Shown here: piece after piece, positions 36,001-49,984 of the stretch
Position numbering within the stretch: the first letter of the stretch is position 1
Layout of the letters: the number at the start of each line of letters is the position of its first letter
Made by a program: the position numbers and the translations under genes
From: Azolla caroliniana
Lineage: Eukaryota; Plantae; Polypodiophyta
NCBI GenBank assembly: GCA_043228905.1
Contig: JBHGNT010000014.1
Span: forward strand, 5,022,001 to 5,086,000
Length of the DNA: 64,000 nucleotides
Direction: 5' to 3'
The notes under the pieces: generated by a model
The model's input: the letters and a program-made list of their open reading frames with translations, nothing else
Database searches by the model: none
What the model was told of the DNA's origin: nothing

Positions 36001-38789
36001 TTCTTGAACGATATACCGACATTGAGAAGAATCAAGTTTCTTACTCTCAAATGCTATTGGTTTACCATCTTGATATAAGACAACACCTATAGCATAATTG
36101 CACACCAGGTCCTTGAGTTGATTTCTTGAAGAACTCACATTTTGAGATCGTCGCGTAAAACTGTTTGTCACGCAATGTTTGTAAAACACAGGGACATGTT
36201 TAGCATGTTCTTGTAATGTACGACTATAAATTAAAATATCATCCAAGAAAATAACGACAAATTTTCCAAGTTATTCTCGGAAAATATCATTCATTTCTTG
36301 TTAAAATGTAGCCGGAGCATTGGTCAAACCAAAAGGCATAACCAAAAACTCATAATGGCCATAGCGTGTACAAAATGCCGTTTTAGGAACATCGTCCTCA
36401 CTTATACGAATTTGATAGTAGCCAGTACGGAGATCAAGTTTCGTAAAATACCAAGCTCCTTGGAGACGGTCAATTAGATCGTCAGCCCCGGGGCAATGGA
36501 TACGAATTCTTGATCGTCACTTTATTCAAGCGTCGGTAATTAATACACATACGCCATGTGCCCTCTTTCTTTTTAACCAAGAGAACTGGTGCCCCCCATG
36601 GAGATTTTCTATAACGTATATAACCCATTTGTAAATAGTCCTTGAGTTGCTTAGCTACCTCATCCTCTTCAAATCGACTTAAGCAATAAGGAGGTACACT
36701 TATTGGTGCAACGCCAGGTACAATATCTATACGATGGTCTATATTACGTTTAGGAGGTAAACCATCTGGTAGTTCACTCGGAAAAACATCACGAAAATCA
36801 TTTAAGATTTTATCAAGTTGTTGTTGTTCAAAATATGTTAATTGAACCGAGACATTATCGATATTGTAAATGTGAATGTTCGGATCAAGTACACAATAAA
36901 ATAGAGTAGAACAAGACAACTCGGATATTGATGGACACGAGGAAACAATCGAGAGGGATTGTTTTTTGACACATTGAATAAAATGAGTACAATCATTCAG
37001 TACAAAAGTTATCGAATGATGAACCAATCAATAAATAAAGAAGAGTTTTTATTATAAAACCAGGGATAACCCAGTATTGCATCGGTGGTACAAAGATTCA
37101 TTACATGGAAGTTTACTTCCTCTATATAAGTATCAATAGAAATTCCTAATGAATGAATCGCCCGGTTGATGTATTGTACTCTTTCATCAGCCAAGTGCAC
37201 CGTGTAGGTGTGATCACTTACGGTGGGTTGGATTCCCCATATCTAAACCAAACGATCATTGACAAAGTTGTGTGAGCTTCCCGAATCAAATAAAAATTGT
37301 ACGGGAGATCCATTGATATACCCGTTTGCACGTAGGAAATCATTGGGACCCAATACATAGTGAGGGAAAGAACATTGACAATTACTTAAATGATGTGTAC
37401 AGACCTGAAGGACATTAGGAATCTTACCTTTATGGTCTACAGCTTTAGCTTTGTTGTCGTGCTCTTTCCGTTGGAGATTTCGACATTGCTCTTTTGTATG
37501 ACCCTACTTTTTGTAGAATACGCAAAAAGGATGTTGTCGCTTACAATCGCGATCCATGAATTCGTTGGGTGTCTTGCGTTTCCCAACGAATTGCGACTGC
37601 TTAGTCCCGGGTGCTTCGTTGGGTTTGTTGTGGTCCTTCTTCGAAGTGCGTTGATAGCGAAGAACTATTTCAACGGCCTCTTCGAAGGATTTTGGATCCT
37701 TATCGTGCACTATCCAGTGATAGTCCGAATTGGGGATGCCATTGACAAAACAAGCTATTAACCAGTTGTCCCCTTCTAGACCCGATTTTTGGATTTGGAT
37801 TCTAGCTCCAAATGAGACTCCCATCGGCCCAGCCACGTGCAAATTGCTTCTTCGGTTCTTTCCTTTTTTTCTCACGTAAATGGCTTAACGACAAACGATG
37901 TCTCACCCTGTCGCTCATCAGGTCTATTAGTCTCACGTTGTAAACTAATGACACGTGCCTCGAGAGCACTTTGAGATTGCCAAAGTTCGGTCATCTGTTG
38001 AGCGGTGAAACTAAGGTATTGGCTTATTTGAAAAAAATACATCTCAATGGACATTTGTCCAAGAGGATTCCCTTGAGTTCCTTCCACTTGAGCGGATGAC
38101 ATCGGGTCGTTATTTTGAGCCATTGAATGATTATTTCTGGCAAAGAAATAGGATAAGGTCAGACAAATAGTCATAACATCATGTCGTGATGTAAACATAT
38201 CATGGGAAAACATTAATCGATATCATGATCTCACATCAATACCCCTCTAGACATATGAGATGAAGTTCAAGATCAGGTTACTATGGTAACACAAAGGTAT
38301 TTTAAAAACCATGGGGGTGACAAATGAATGTCTTTCCCTAATCTCTATATCGATTTTTTCATGGCGGCTCCCCGAGGCTCAACCATGTATGTTCGCGTCA
38401 TGAATAGTTTATACACGAAAAAAATGTTAACAATAAACTATGTTTCAGTGCCCACATATGTGGTTTCGGCTCTTTAAGTCCTATTACGAGGACCCCGAAG
38501 TGCACTTAGACCTCAAGTCTAAACATGTGTTATAGTCATATGTATCAACAATGTTGTATGGTCTTTGTCATATTTGAACTCGAGACCTCGAGAACAAATG
38601 TATTAAACACTTGAGCCTACCAAGTAGGTTGCTCTTCTTGAATGTTTAAGGCTTAATGCATATAAGAGATATGCGAGGAATTTGCCCATATATGTTTTTT
38701 TTAAAAGAAACATATATGTCAACAGTCCTTATTTCGCCCTCATTTACTACAACTATGTTGGTACATTACCTAACCTCAAGTCTCGTAAT

Positions 38790-39581
38790 TGTTGGGAGAC
38801 AGGTCCCTCCGGATGGGAAGGGAGAAGAACAGTGCCGACGAACAAACTTGGCCGAGGCTGATAGGCCGAGGCCGAAACAGTATGAGGAGTACCTGGCTAC
38901 GGAGAGCCGGATGATACAGGCCTGGTATGAACCGGATGAGGAGTATCCGGCTACGGAGAGCCGGATGCCGGATGAGGAGTATCCGGCTACGGAGACCCGG
39001 AAGGTGCAGGCCCGGTATGAACCGGATGAGGAGTACCCGGCTACGGAGAGCCGGATGCCGGATGAGGAGTACCTGGCTACGGAGAGCTGGATGGTGCAGA
39101 CCCAGTATAAACCGGAGGAAGAGACATATTCGTAAATATGTTTCTGAGAGCCCATTGTGGCTATATTTGTAAATAGCCGAAAAGTCATATTAGTATAAAT
39201 ATGACTTAGGGCAAAACTAATTATGTTGTTGTTGTCAATTTCTGTCTTGCACGAAATTAGAGTGTGTAACTGTACAGAGAGAGAGAGAGAGAGAACGAGG
39301 TCGTTGCCTCTGTTGTAACCGTCGCCTGTGGCGAAGATAGTGAGCACGAGGTCGTTGCCTCCGTGGACTCACTGTTTTGTACATTCTTACATAGTGACAG
39401 TTTGCAGCCTGTGGACTGCCGTGGTTTTTCCCCTAGTTTGGGGTTTTCCACGTAAACCTCCTGTGTAGTGTGTGTATATCTTCCTCCTCTTTGTGTCGTG
39501 TTTTACTTCCCGTTTTCTGTGTATCTTTCTACGCTCGGTTGTGGCCGAGTGTCGTGCATAAGGAACGTTGGGTTCCCGTCA
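38790..39581 (+). mobile_element. Copia (Tork-like family) solo LTR
   Basis: TGTTGGGAGAC...CCCGTCA; TSD GTAAT with 3 extra nt (AGA) on the right; 33/54-bp repeats at 38880-39120. Confidence 0.88.
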
Positions 39582-41311
39582 AGAGTAATTATGATGGCAT
39601 ATGCCAAAGTGCAACCTAATGCTCAAGACAAATGAGCCCTCTTTTCATAAGAAGCCCACGTGGCCCATCACATGGTCACGTCATTACGAATGCTTCTCGT
39701 AAGAATGTGATAGGATACTTGTCTCCGACTATGCTCGGCCACAACTGAGACGTCGGATCAATCACAGAAAACAAGGATGTGGAGAGATGTATCTACGCTC
39801 GAAACAATAAAGAAGAGAGTGCACAGGATGTTAACGTGGAAAACCCAAATATGGGAAAAACCACGGCAGCCCTTAGACTACAAAATATCACTATATCAAG
39901 ATTACAACAATGGGGCACAGAGGCAACGACCTCTTGCTCCCTCGCTTCGCCACCAGGCGGTTACAACGGAGGCAACAAACTATGTATATCGCTCTCTTAC
40001 TCACTATACAGAAGTTAAACCAATAACTCTATCATAATCTATTAAGTTTGCCCTAGGTGATATTTATACTAGTATGACTTTCGGGCTATTTACAAATATA
40101 GCCCCAGTGGGCTCTCTGGAACATATTTATATATATGTCCCTTCCATCCGTTGAGAGGTTCTCACCGGGCCTACAACATTTGGTTCTCACCGGGACTTCC
40201 GTTGTCGGGTACTCCACATCCGGTTTCGGCCTCGGCCGAGTTGCTCATCAACACGGTTCTTCTCACTTCCCATACAGAGGGACCTGTTTCCTAACAAACT
40301 CCCCCTTCACTCCGGCATGGGATATCTTACTAGTCCGATCCGCTTCCGACATGCATCCAGCTTGTCAGGTATCAGTACTTTGGTCAGCATATCTGACCCG
40401 TTCTCGGCCGTGTGGATCTTTGTCAGCGTGAACTCTCGATCTTCTACTCGCTCTCGGATCCAGTGATACCTACGTTGGATGTGCTTCGTCCTGAAATGGT
40501 ACGCTGCGTTCTTAGCAAGGTGGATGGCACTTTGACTGTCGCAATAGAGCCGGTATTCATCTTGTCGGATACCGAGCTCACCGATGAAGTCCTTCATCCA
40601 TAATATTTTCCTTGCCGGCTTCCACAGCCGCCATGTACTCCGCCTCCGTGGTTGACAACGCAACCGTCTTCTGCAGCCTCGACTGCCAGGAAATAGCTCC
40701 CCCTCCATATGTCATTACATACCCGGATGTAGACCGGCTGGTATCCACATCAGCCGACATGTCCGAATCGGTAAAACCGTCAAGTTGAGGTTTACCGGAG
40801 CCGAATCGGAGACACATAATCGAAGTGCCCTTCAAGTACTGAAGTATCCATTTGACCGCGTTCCAGTGCTCCTTGCCGGGATTGCTCATAAACCACTCAC
40901 CACTCCGATTGCGTATCCAATATCCAGTCGAGTACACACCATTGCGTACATTAAGCTCTCGACGGTAGAAGCATATGGAACCTTCATCATATCTACCTTC
41001 TCTGCTTTCGTCTTCGGGCTTTACTTACCGGATAGTCTGCAGTTTTCCGGGAGTGTCGGTCTGACCGGTTTTTCTTCTAACATGTTGAACCACTAAAGCA
41101 CCTTTGTCACGTATTTCTCCTATGACAACCACAATTGCTTCTTCGACCGGTCCCGGATGATGTGCATCCCTAGTATCTATCTTGCTGGGCCCAAGTCTTT
41201 CATTACGAAGGTTCGATTGAGAGCCTTCTTCAGCATCCGTATTTTGGCTTGGTCCCGTCCGACAATCAACATGTCATCCACATACAGAAGGAGTATCAGG
41301 AAGTCTCCACC

Positions 41312-42895
41312 TTAGAACTTCTTCACAAATACGCAGTGATCGGCCTGCGTCTTGTGGTACCCTTGATCGGTCATGAAGGAGTTGAACTTCCGGAACCATT
41401 GCCGGGGAGCCTGCTTCTGTCTGTACATGCTCTTCTTCAACCGGCAAACCAGGTGCTCCTTCCCTGTCTCCACGAATCCTTCCGGTTGCTGCATGTAGAT
41501 CTCTTCTTCGAGGTCACCGTGAAGGAATGTCGTCTTCACGTCCAGCTGCTCTACCTCGAGGTCCATGCTTGCCGCTATGCTCAGCACCGTTCGGATGGAA
41601 GTCATCTTTACTACCGGGGCAAATATCTCGTCGAAGTCCACACCCTTCTTCTGCAGGAACCCCTTTACCACGATCCTGGCTTTGTATCTCGAGGGTTTGT
41701 TGGCATCTCCCGGTTTCAACTTGTACACCCACTTATTTCGGAGTGCCCGCTTTTCTTTCGGCAACTCCACCAATTCGTATGTATGGTTCTCATGCAGGGA
41801 ATCCATCTCATCCTGCATGGCACTTAACCATTTGCGGCTGTAGGTGTCACTTTTAGCTTCCTCGAGGCTTTCTGGCTCCCCCTCATCAGTTAGCAGCACA
41901 TGCTCTGCATCTGGAAATCTCTGGGGGGGCCTTCTCTCTCTGAGAGGATATCTCCGTCTTTGGCTTTCGGCAACCGGCTCCTCTATTTGGTCTTCATCCG
42001 AATCCGATTCAGGGTCTTGGCCGGTTCCGGTTTCACTTAATCCTTCTTCTTCGGCCTGTCTTGTCTCCTTACCGTCACCGGCCGGTTCATCGAGTGCTAA
42101 CCGGTCTCTTGTCGGTTGGGTCTGCTCATCGTAGAATCGATCCTTACCGGTCGACTTGGAGTTCATTATCTTCTTCTCCGACTCCAAGTCGGCGAGCGTC
42201 TTGTCCTCCATGAAGATAATATCTTGAATCCGGAATACCTTCTTGTCAGCCAGGTCCCACACTCGGTAGCCGAACTCATCGTCGCCGTAACCGAGGAATA
42301 TGCATGGCCGGGTCTTCGGATCTAATTTTCCTCTCCGGTCCTTAGCTACATGCACATACGCAAGACACCCGAATACCTTTAGATGCCGGTAGGACACTTC
42401 CTTACCGGTCCAGACTCTCTGTGGCGTGTCTCTGTCCAAGGGTACTGAGGGTGATCTGTTTATCACATATGTCGCCGTCGACAGTGCCTCAGCCCAAAAC
42501 TTCTTGGGTAGTTTTGCATGCGCCAGCATACTCCAGACCCTCTCCATTATGGTCTGGTTCATCCTCTCGGCCAGCCCGTTTAGTTTCGGCGTCTTCGGCA
42601 CGGTAAATTCAAGCTGGATTCCCTTCGAGCGACAGTACTCCTCGTACTGCCCCCGGTATTCACCTCCGTTATTTGCTCGAACCGCCTTCAGCTTCCGGCC
42701 GGTTTCTCTTTCCACTCTCGCATGGAGCTCTTTGAAGACAGATAGCACCTGATCCTTCGTCTTCAACGGTGTGGCCCACAGCTTCCGACTGTGGTCGTCT
42801 ATGAACGTCACGAAGTACTGCAATCCGGCATGTGACTTCGTGTCCACTTGACCCAAATCAGTATGCACCAACTCCAGTGGTGCATTACGTCTCAT
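41312..42895 (-). pseudogene. Copia integrase core and RT N-terminal fragment
   Basis: LELVHTD, FIDDHSRK, NGLAERMN, WVYKLK, KARIVVKGF, QLDVKTTFLHG. Confidence 0.92.
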
Positions 42896-45800
42896 CGGTG
42901 GCCTCGATCAGAAGGAGGTCCGGTTTTGTTTACCGGCTAGGCAGTCGGTGCACCTCTCAAGATGCACATTCTTCACTGGAATGAGGTTGTCATCGGCAAG
43001 CCTCTTCATCCCCTTCACGCTCATATGACACAATCTCTTGTGCCACAGCTCACCGGTACTGTTAGAAGCCACGTTCACTTTTTTCAGGCATAACCGGGCA
43101 TTCATCAGGTACAGTGTGTTGACCTTCCGGGCCTGAGCCACAATCAGGCTCCCTTTGCTGAACTTCATAACAACGTTCCGGATGCTACCCGTGTAGCCTT
43201 CATCATCTAGCCGACCGGCTGATATCAGGTTCAGTCGAACCTCCGGAATGTGTCAGACATCCTTCAGCATCAGCTTGCATCCGGTTGGTGTTGTCAATCA
43301 CACGTCTCCTATTCTGACAATTCGGAATGTACCTTCATTCCCCATCCGGACACAGCCGTTCTCACTAGTTGTGTAGGATGAGAAGCATTTCCGGTCCGGG
43401 GTCAAGTGGAATGACGCTCCGGAATCGACAACCCATGTTGTCTCGTCGCCGGCAAGGTTCAACTCACTCTCCTCGGTAATGAGCATCAACTCCTCTTCAC
43501 TTGCCGCAATTGTCGTCATTCCCTCCGGTCTGGCCCCCTTCGGTTCGGTGACCGCTTCGAATTGGTACTATTTGTTTCCTTGTCTTTTCGAAAATGTCGA
43601 TAGTTCTTCTAGAAGTGTCCTGGCTTGCCGCAATAGAAGCAAGTAGGCCTCCCCCTTGACTTTGACCATGTCCCCGACTTTTCCCGGTTCTGGGGACTAC
43701 GGTTCCTTTGTCTTCCACATTCCGTCAGTTTCCTTGTCTTTTCGGAAGTGCCTACAGTTCTTCTGAAAGTGTCCTGGCTTGCCGCAATAGAAGCAAGTAC
43801 GCCTCCCTCTTGACTTTGACCGTATCCCCGACTTTTCCTGGTTCTAGGGACTACGATTCCTTTGTCTTCCGCATTCCGATTCGGTAAGGAGCTCTTTGGA
43901 GTCGGAGCTCGTATCCTTGTCTTTCTGACGCGCCTCCTCATCTAGCAAGCTCGACTTCACTCTTGCTAGGGATAGTTATTTTCCTTCCGGCCCAGCGTTT
44001 CCCAACGTGACAACTAACATCTCCTAGCTATCCGGGAGGGAACCGAGCAGGAGTAAAGCAAGTACCTCATCGGCGAGAGGTACTTCCAACGAGGTTGCTT
44101 GGTGAATCAGCCCCTGGAAGGCATTCATGTGCTCCGCCATACTAGAGCCATCTTGGTACCGGAGCCTCACTAGCTTCCAAAATACCGAAACCAGATTTAC
44201 AACATTTTTGTTCTGAAACATAATGCTGATCTTCTCCCAGAGCTCATGAGCCTTGCTCTCTTCATTGAAGTTGTTGTACAGGCTCATGTCGATGAAGCAC
44301 CGTATGTATGCCGGTCTTCATGTGCATCACCTCCCATATCGTGGCATCGATCTTGTCCGATGTCTTGTCCCCAAACTGAACCGGCAACCAAAGATCTTTA
44401 ACCACGAGCATGTCCCTCCTGTTCGACTTCCACACTGAGTAGTTGGAGCCGGTGAGCTTGAACATGCTGCCACGAGCATGTCTCCTATGCCAACAATTCG
44501 GCATGTACCTTCATTCCCCATCTGGACACAACTGTGATCACCGGCTGTGTAGGATGAGAAGTATTTACGGTCCGAGGTAAGGTGGAACGACGCTCCGGAA
44601 TCAACAACCCACGTTGTCTCGTCGCCGGCAAGGTTCAACTCACTCTCCTCGGTGATGAGCATCAACTCTTCTTCACTTGCCGTGATTGCCATCGTTCCCT
44701 TCCGGTCTGTTCCCCTCCGGTCTTTACCGTTCCGATCCGGTGTCCGCTTCGAATCGGTACCATCAGTTTCCTTGTCTTTTCGGAAGTGCCTACATTTCTT
44801 CTGGAAGTGTCCTGGCTAGCCGCAGTACAAGCAGGTAGGCCTCCCCCTTGACTTTGACCGTGTCCCTGACTTCTCCCGGTTCTGGGGACTATGGTTCCTT
44901 TGTCTTCCACGTTCTGATTCGGTAATGAGCGCTTTGGAGTTGGAGTTCGTATCCTTGTCTTTCCGACGCGCCTCCTCATCTAGCAAGCTCGACTTCACTC
45001 TTGCTAGGGATAACCGTTTCCCTTCCGGCCCGGCGTTGCCCAAAGTGACAACCAACATCTCCCAGCTATCCGGGAGGGAACCGAGTAGGAGTAGTGGTAG
45101 TACCTCATCGGCGAGAGGTACTTCCAATGATGTTGCCTGGTGTATCAGCCCCTGGAAGGGATTCATGTGTTCCGCCATGTTGGAGCCATGTTGGTACCGG
45201 AGTCTTACTAGCTTCTGAAGTACCGAAACTTGATTAACATCATTTTTGTTCTGAAACATAATGTCAATCTTCTCCCAGAGCTCATGAGCCTTGCTCTCTT
45301 CATTGAAGTTGTTGTATAGACTCATGTCGATGAAGCACCGTATGTACGCCGTTGTCTTCATGTGCATCACCTCCCATATCGTGGCATCAATTTTGTCCGG
45401 TCTCTTCTCCCCGAACTGAACCGGCAACCAAAGATCTTTAACCACGAGCATGTCCCTCATCTTCGACTTCCACATTGAATAGTTGGAGCCGGTGAGCTTG
45501 AACATGCCTCCCAACGAATCGTCCATTTTTTTGTGTCGTTTCGCTCTGATACCAATTTGATAGGATACTTGTCTCCAACTATGCTTGGCCACAACCGAGA
45601 CGTCGGATCAATCAAAGAAAACAAGGATGTGGAGAGATGTATCTACGCACGAAACAATAAAGAAGAGAGTGCACAGGATGTTAACGTGGAAAACCCAAAT
45701 ATGGGAAAAACCACGACAGCCCTCAGACTGCAAAAATATCACTATATCAAGATTACAACAATGGGGCACAGAGGCAACGACCTCTTGCTCCCTCGCTTCG

Positions 45801-46027
45801 CCACCAGGCGGTTACAACGGAGGCAACAAACTCTGTATATCACTCTCTTACGCACTATACAGAAGTTACACCAATAACTCTATCATAATCTATTAAGTTT
45901 GCCCTAGGTGATATTTATACTAATATGAATTTCAAGCTATTTACAAATATAGCCCCAATGGGCTCTCTGGAACATATTTATATATATGTCCCTTCCATCC
46001 GTTGAGAGGTTCTCACTGGGCCTGCAA

Positions 46028-46435
46028 CATCCGGTTCTCACCAGGTCTTCCGTTGTCGGGTACTCCACATCCGGTTCTCACCGGGTCTTCCATTGCCAGG
46101 TACTCCACATCCGGTTCTCACCGGGTCTTCCGTTGCCGGGTACTCCACATCCGGTTTTCACCGGGTCTTCCGTTGCCGGGTACTCCACATCCAGTTCTCA
46201 CCGGGTCTTCCGTTGCCGGGTACTCCACATCCGGTTCTCACCGGGTATTTCGTTGTCGGGTACTCCACATCCGGTTCTCACCGGGTCTTCCGTTGTCGGG
46301 TACTCCACATCCGGTTCTCACCGGGTCTTCCGTTGTCGGGTATTCCACATCCGGTTCTCATCGGGTCTTCCGTTGCCAGGTACTCCACATCTGGTTCTCA
46401 CTGGGTCTTCCGTTGCCGGGTACTCCACATCCGGT
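46028..46435. repeat. 40-bp tandem array (about 10 units) in the 5' LTR U3
   Basis: Unit CATCCGGTTCTCACCGGGTCTTCCGTTGCCGGGTACTCCA. Confidence 0.95.
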
Positions 46436-47876
46436 TTCGGCCTCGGCCGAGTTGCTCATCAACACGGTTCTTCTCACTTCCCATCCGGAGGGACCTGTTT
46501 CCTAACAGAATGATCTCATGGTGGCATCGTATCCATGTAATGAGGGAGGGATGTTGGATACGTGTGTCATAGGAGCGACCTCACATGAAGTGGGTCAAGC
46601 CCTACGTACTCAACATCATTATGGCTATAGGCGTTTCTTTACATAACGAAATATCGAAGTCACCAACGGGGATTTCAACAATAAAAAATTGTTGAAAAAA
46701 GGGATGGTGACAACGCTATTCTCACAAAAATGTGAGGATGGCCACCAAGATCCTTTCCCCGAAAAGGAAAACATTCGATTTAAAATCACGTAATAACTTA
46801 TATACACATATGTATATTATCACATATATACGATCAACTACGTATACACGTGACCACATATGCCTATATTAAACAAATCGTTATATTTAATAGCCAAGAA
46901 TGGCGTAATCGAGATACGTAATCGAGGCATATACCTCTACGCACACGAGACATCCAAAAATAAGGGTTAATCGTAATACGCAATTGAGGTATTGACCTCT
47001 TACGCATACGAGACCAAACGCATATCATTTACAACGAATCGACGTATTGACCTCATACGCAAGCGTAACATATGTTTGTGAATGTAATACGCAATTGAGG
47101 TATTTACCTCGTGCACATACAACACTCATCACATATTCAATATACGTCAAATGAGGTATTGACCTCATACACATATGTAAACGTTTTATACAACCAATGA
47201 ATTACCACTACAACATCATTGAATTAATGAAAAAAATCTACATATTAACCATACACATGATTAGATGGGAGAAGAAAAAATAGACAAAAAAAACAAGAAA
47301 GATTACCGAAGTTCCTTTCTTGATCCTTGTCTGCATGAAGGCCGACCGCACGTAGATCAATCGCCATCAATCAAGAACACAAAAGACAACAAAAGAAACA
47401 TTAGAAAATGAGCTCTGATACCAACTTTTAGAGACATAGACTAATGTAAGCATTAGATAAGGATGGAATATAGTTGAATAGATAGATCTAGATAGAGAGG
47501 AGAGAGAGAAAGAAGGGTGTCGATCCACCCGACCACCTCGGAGCGAAGGGATTGAGACGGATTCGAGCCTTGATTAACGTCCCATACCACCGCCTTGCGT
47601 CGAGTCGTACCTGGTGCTAGCATGCTCGCTACAAGAGTTGAACCACTCACGAACAACGTCTCAACGTAGTCAATAGATGATGAAATGAGGGTAGCTAGGC
47701 CTCTTTTTTATAGCGATACCCAAGGTCCCTAGCCATGTTCACACTTGGCCTAATGGGTTGTCTCAATCCCGAGGATTAAAAGTAATCCTCCCCTTCTTTA
47801 CACTCTTGTTTAACCCTCACACTTATCCACGTGTATAGAATACTACGGTAAATTGTGACCACGGGATATTATATGT

Positions 47877-48299
47877 TGTTGAGATATCAAGCTCAACTAG
47901 TTTAATCTAGTTAGTCAACACATGTAACTTAGTAGTTATCTAGATCGAATCTAGTTAATGTGTTGACCTTAAGCCTTTAAATAGGACCTTGTACTTAAGT
48001 GGGATATTCTAGATCCTCCACTCCTTAGTACATTTAATGTAGGACTTACACATAAGTACCTATGTTCTACCCACACATGTGCACCTTTGCACATGGGTTG
48101 TATATATACCTCATTGTGGGTATTTTTGAACGTTGATGACACTTTTCAATATAGTCAATCATCCCCCATTTATCTTTGTGTTTAAGTGTAACTTCCTCTC
48201 ACACACTATCACGCGCATATCATACTAATCTTCCGCTGCTTAACGTAACCATATAATTAGTCTCTAATTAACCCTAGTTAATTACCTAATTACTTAACA
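47877..48299 (+). mobile_element. Copia-type solo LTR inside the chromovirus 5' LTR
   Basis: TGTTGAGATATCAAGCTCAAC...TTAACA; TSD TATGT/TATGG; absent from the sister LTR. Confidence 0.82.
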
Positions 48300-49984
48300 T
48301 ATGGTCATGCTCGTAACATTCGCGCTCCTTGTTTCATGTCTTTTTGATGGGTTACCTTGCCCTTCCATTCTTTTTCTCTTTTCATCCACGAATACCTCGT
48401 GGTTGTCACACATCACTTCCTCGAGTATGGTGTTGTCATCTACCAGATCCGACCATCCAGTGATACTTTGTCATCCATGTATACAATATTTTGTTAGATG
48501 GCCTCTTGAAGGCTCGCACAATCCCTTCTCATGTGGTCCATGTTGTCGCACCACACACATCTAAAGGGTTCCTTTCCTTTTAGGTCCCGACGATTCATGT
48601 TTGCTAACGTGGCCGTCTCGAATTTTCTTCGCCAGTTCTTCGACGATGTCATCATCAATATTCTTTTCTTCCGGGTTGCTTTGTTTGGGCGGCTCAACCA
48701 CTTTTGGTTGTCTCGTTTTCTCCCCGCTCAATCCTACCAAGTCAGTATCATCAACCCATTGACGACGCTTGTCGAGCCTATTGCACTCTCACTTCACCAT
48801 AGTCCAGTCTGCCACAAGCCCGTTCACTTGGGTGTCATCTTCGAGGAGAGTCCCCAGTTCTCGTCTATCCGCATCTTTCAGGAAGTACAAAATCTTGTCC
48901 TCCTCAAGCATCACTTGGTCCGTGGCGGGGAGACGACTAAACATCTGGTTGAACTCGTCATATACCCTCGAGGAGCCCATCTTCTTATTTTTCTTCTCTA
49001 TCCACTTCATCAAGACATGTCGAATCATCCTTGACAATTCTTCCGTCACGAACACCGCTAATATTGCTTTCTCAACTCGGAACATGTTGTCTTCCCTTCT
49101 TGAAGCTCGATGACCTGTCTTTGGATGTTGTTGGTGACAACCCTCTTGAAACTTGAGATTTGACATGCATCAAGGAACTTCGTAATGTTCCTTCCATCAA
49201 ATAGACCCTTGATCTCCATGACACGGTCGACAGCCTTCTCCATGCTCACATCGTTGTCTCGAGATCTCATCATTTGTTCGACGATTACCATCATCCTTTC
49301 AAACTCTCCCGCTTGATTGCTTGAGGATGCCATCTCCAAGTATCAGTCGATCCTCATCTTGATCCTTCCTACCGCTTCTTCCCGTAAGGTTCACCAAGAA
49401 AGATGTTGAGTAAATCCTCGCGTGTTCGCGAAAATGAAGCGGGACCACTAGGGTCCTAGACCGGAAGGATTCGAAGTCTGTACTAGCATAAGCGAGAAAG
49501 TATTTAAGATAGATACAAAGAGAGAGAGATTGAGAGACGGAGATTCTAATACAAAGACAGATTGAGAGCGAGATTTTGAACCCTTGACTTCAATTTTTTT
49601 GAGGGACAAGATATATTACCAAAAGGATAACTAGATTTTATTTTTTTTTAAATTTCTTCTTGATTTAGTACATTGCTTGCTTGATCAATTGATTGATTGA
49701 TCCCCATTTCTTTTTCCTCCAATCTTTTATAGATGCCCCCATGCATGTGAGGGTGCAAGACATGCATACAATGCATGCAATGTATGAAATGCATGTGATG
49801 CATGTTTGCCATTTGGTGCTCATGCATTAGATGTGATGCATGATAACCATGTCACTCATTCAAGCTCTCATGTATGAGAATTTACATATAAAAAAGTATG
49901 ATGATGAAAATACAACCTTTAAAGAAATGACTTGGCTTTGTGGTAAGTCAATTGTGTTATTTAAGGTTGTCGCTCCTTGTGGGG

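Larger units (their letters stand above)
39708..46507 (-). mobile_element. Ty1/Copia (Tnt1/Tork-like) full-length element with duplicated gag-PR
   Basis: 3' LTR 39708-40296, PPT 40297-40308, 5' LTR 45558-46507, PBS-Met 45543-45554; 527-aa INT-RT ORF at 41312-42895; perfect TSD GAATG. Confidence 0.95.
33815..48318 (-). mobile_element. Ty3/Gypsy chromovirus (Tcn1-like) with chromodomain, full length, degenerate
   Basis: LTRs 33815-34280 and 47426-48318, PBS-Met 47412-47423, PPT 34281-34292. Gag about 37500-38130, RT ([22 protein letters not shown]), RH, INT (WESISMDFI), chromodomain (PEIILD...FKIKW...AKW). Perfect TSD TTCGC. Confidence 0.94.

Noticed and set aside
38850-38890. Hammerhead-like CTGATA-GGCC-GA-GGCC-GAAAC in a Copia LTR (also CTGATGAG near 17497)
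   Set aside because: The core lacks a full CUGANGA or a valid stem II, I saw no convincing stems I and III, and it is not conserved in sister LTRs.
45986-46572. Three overlapping repetitive ORFs
   Set aside because: Artefacts of the stop-free 40-bp LTR array.
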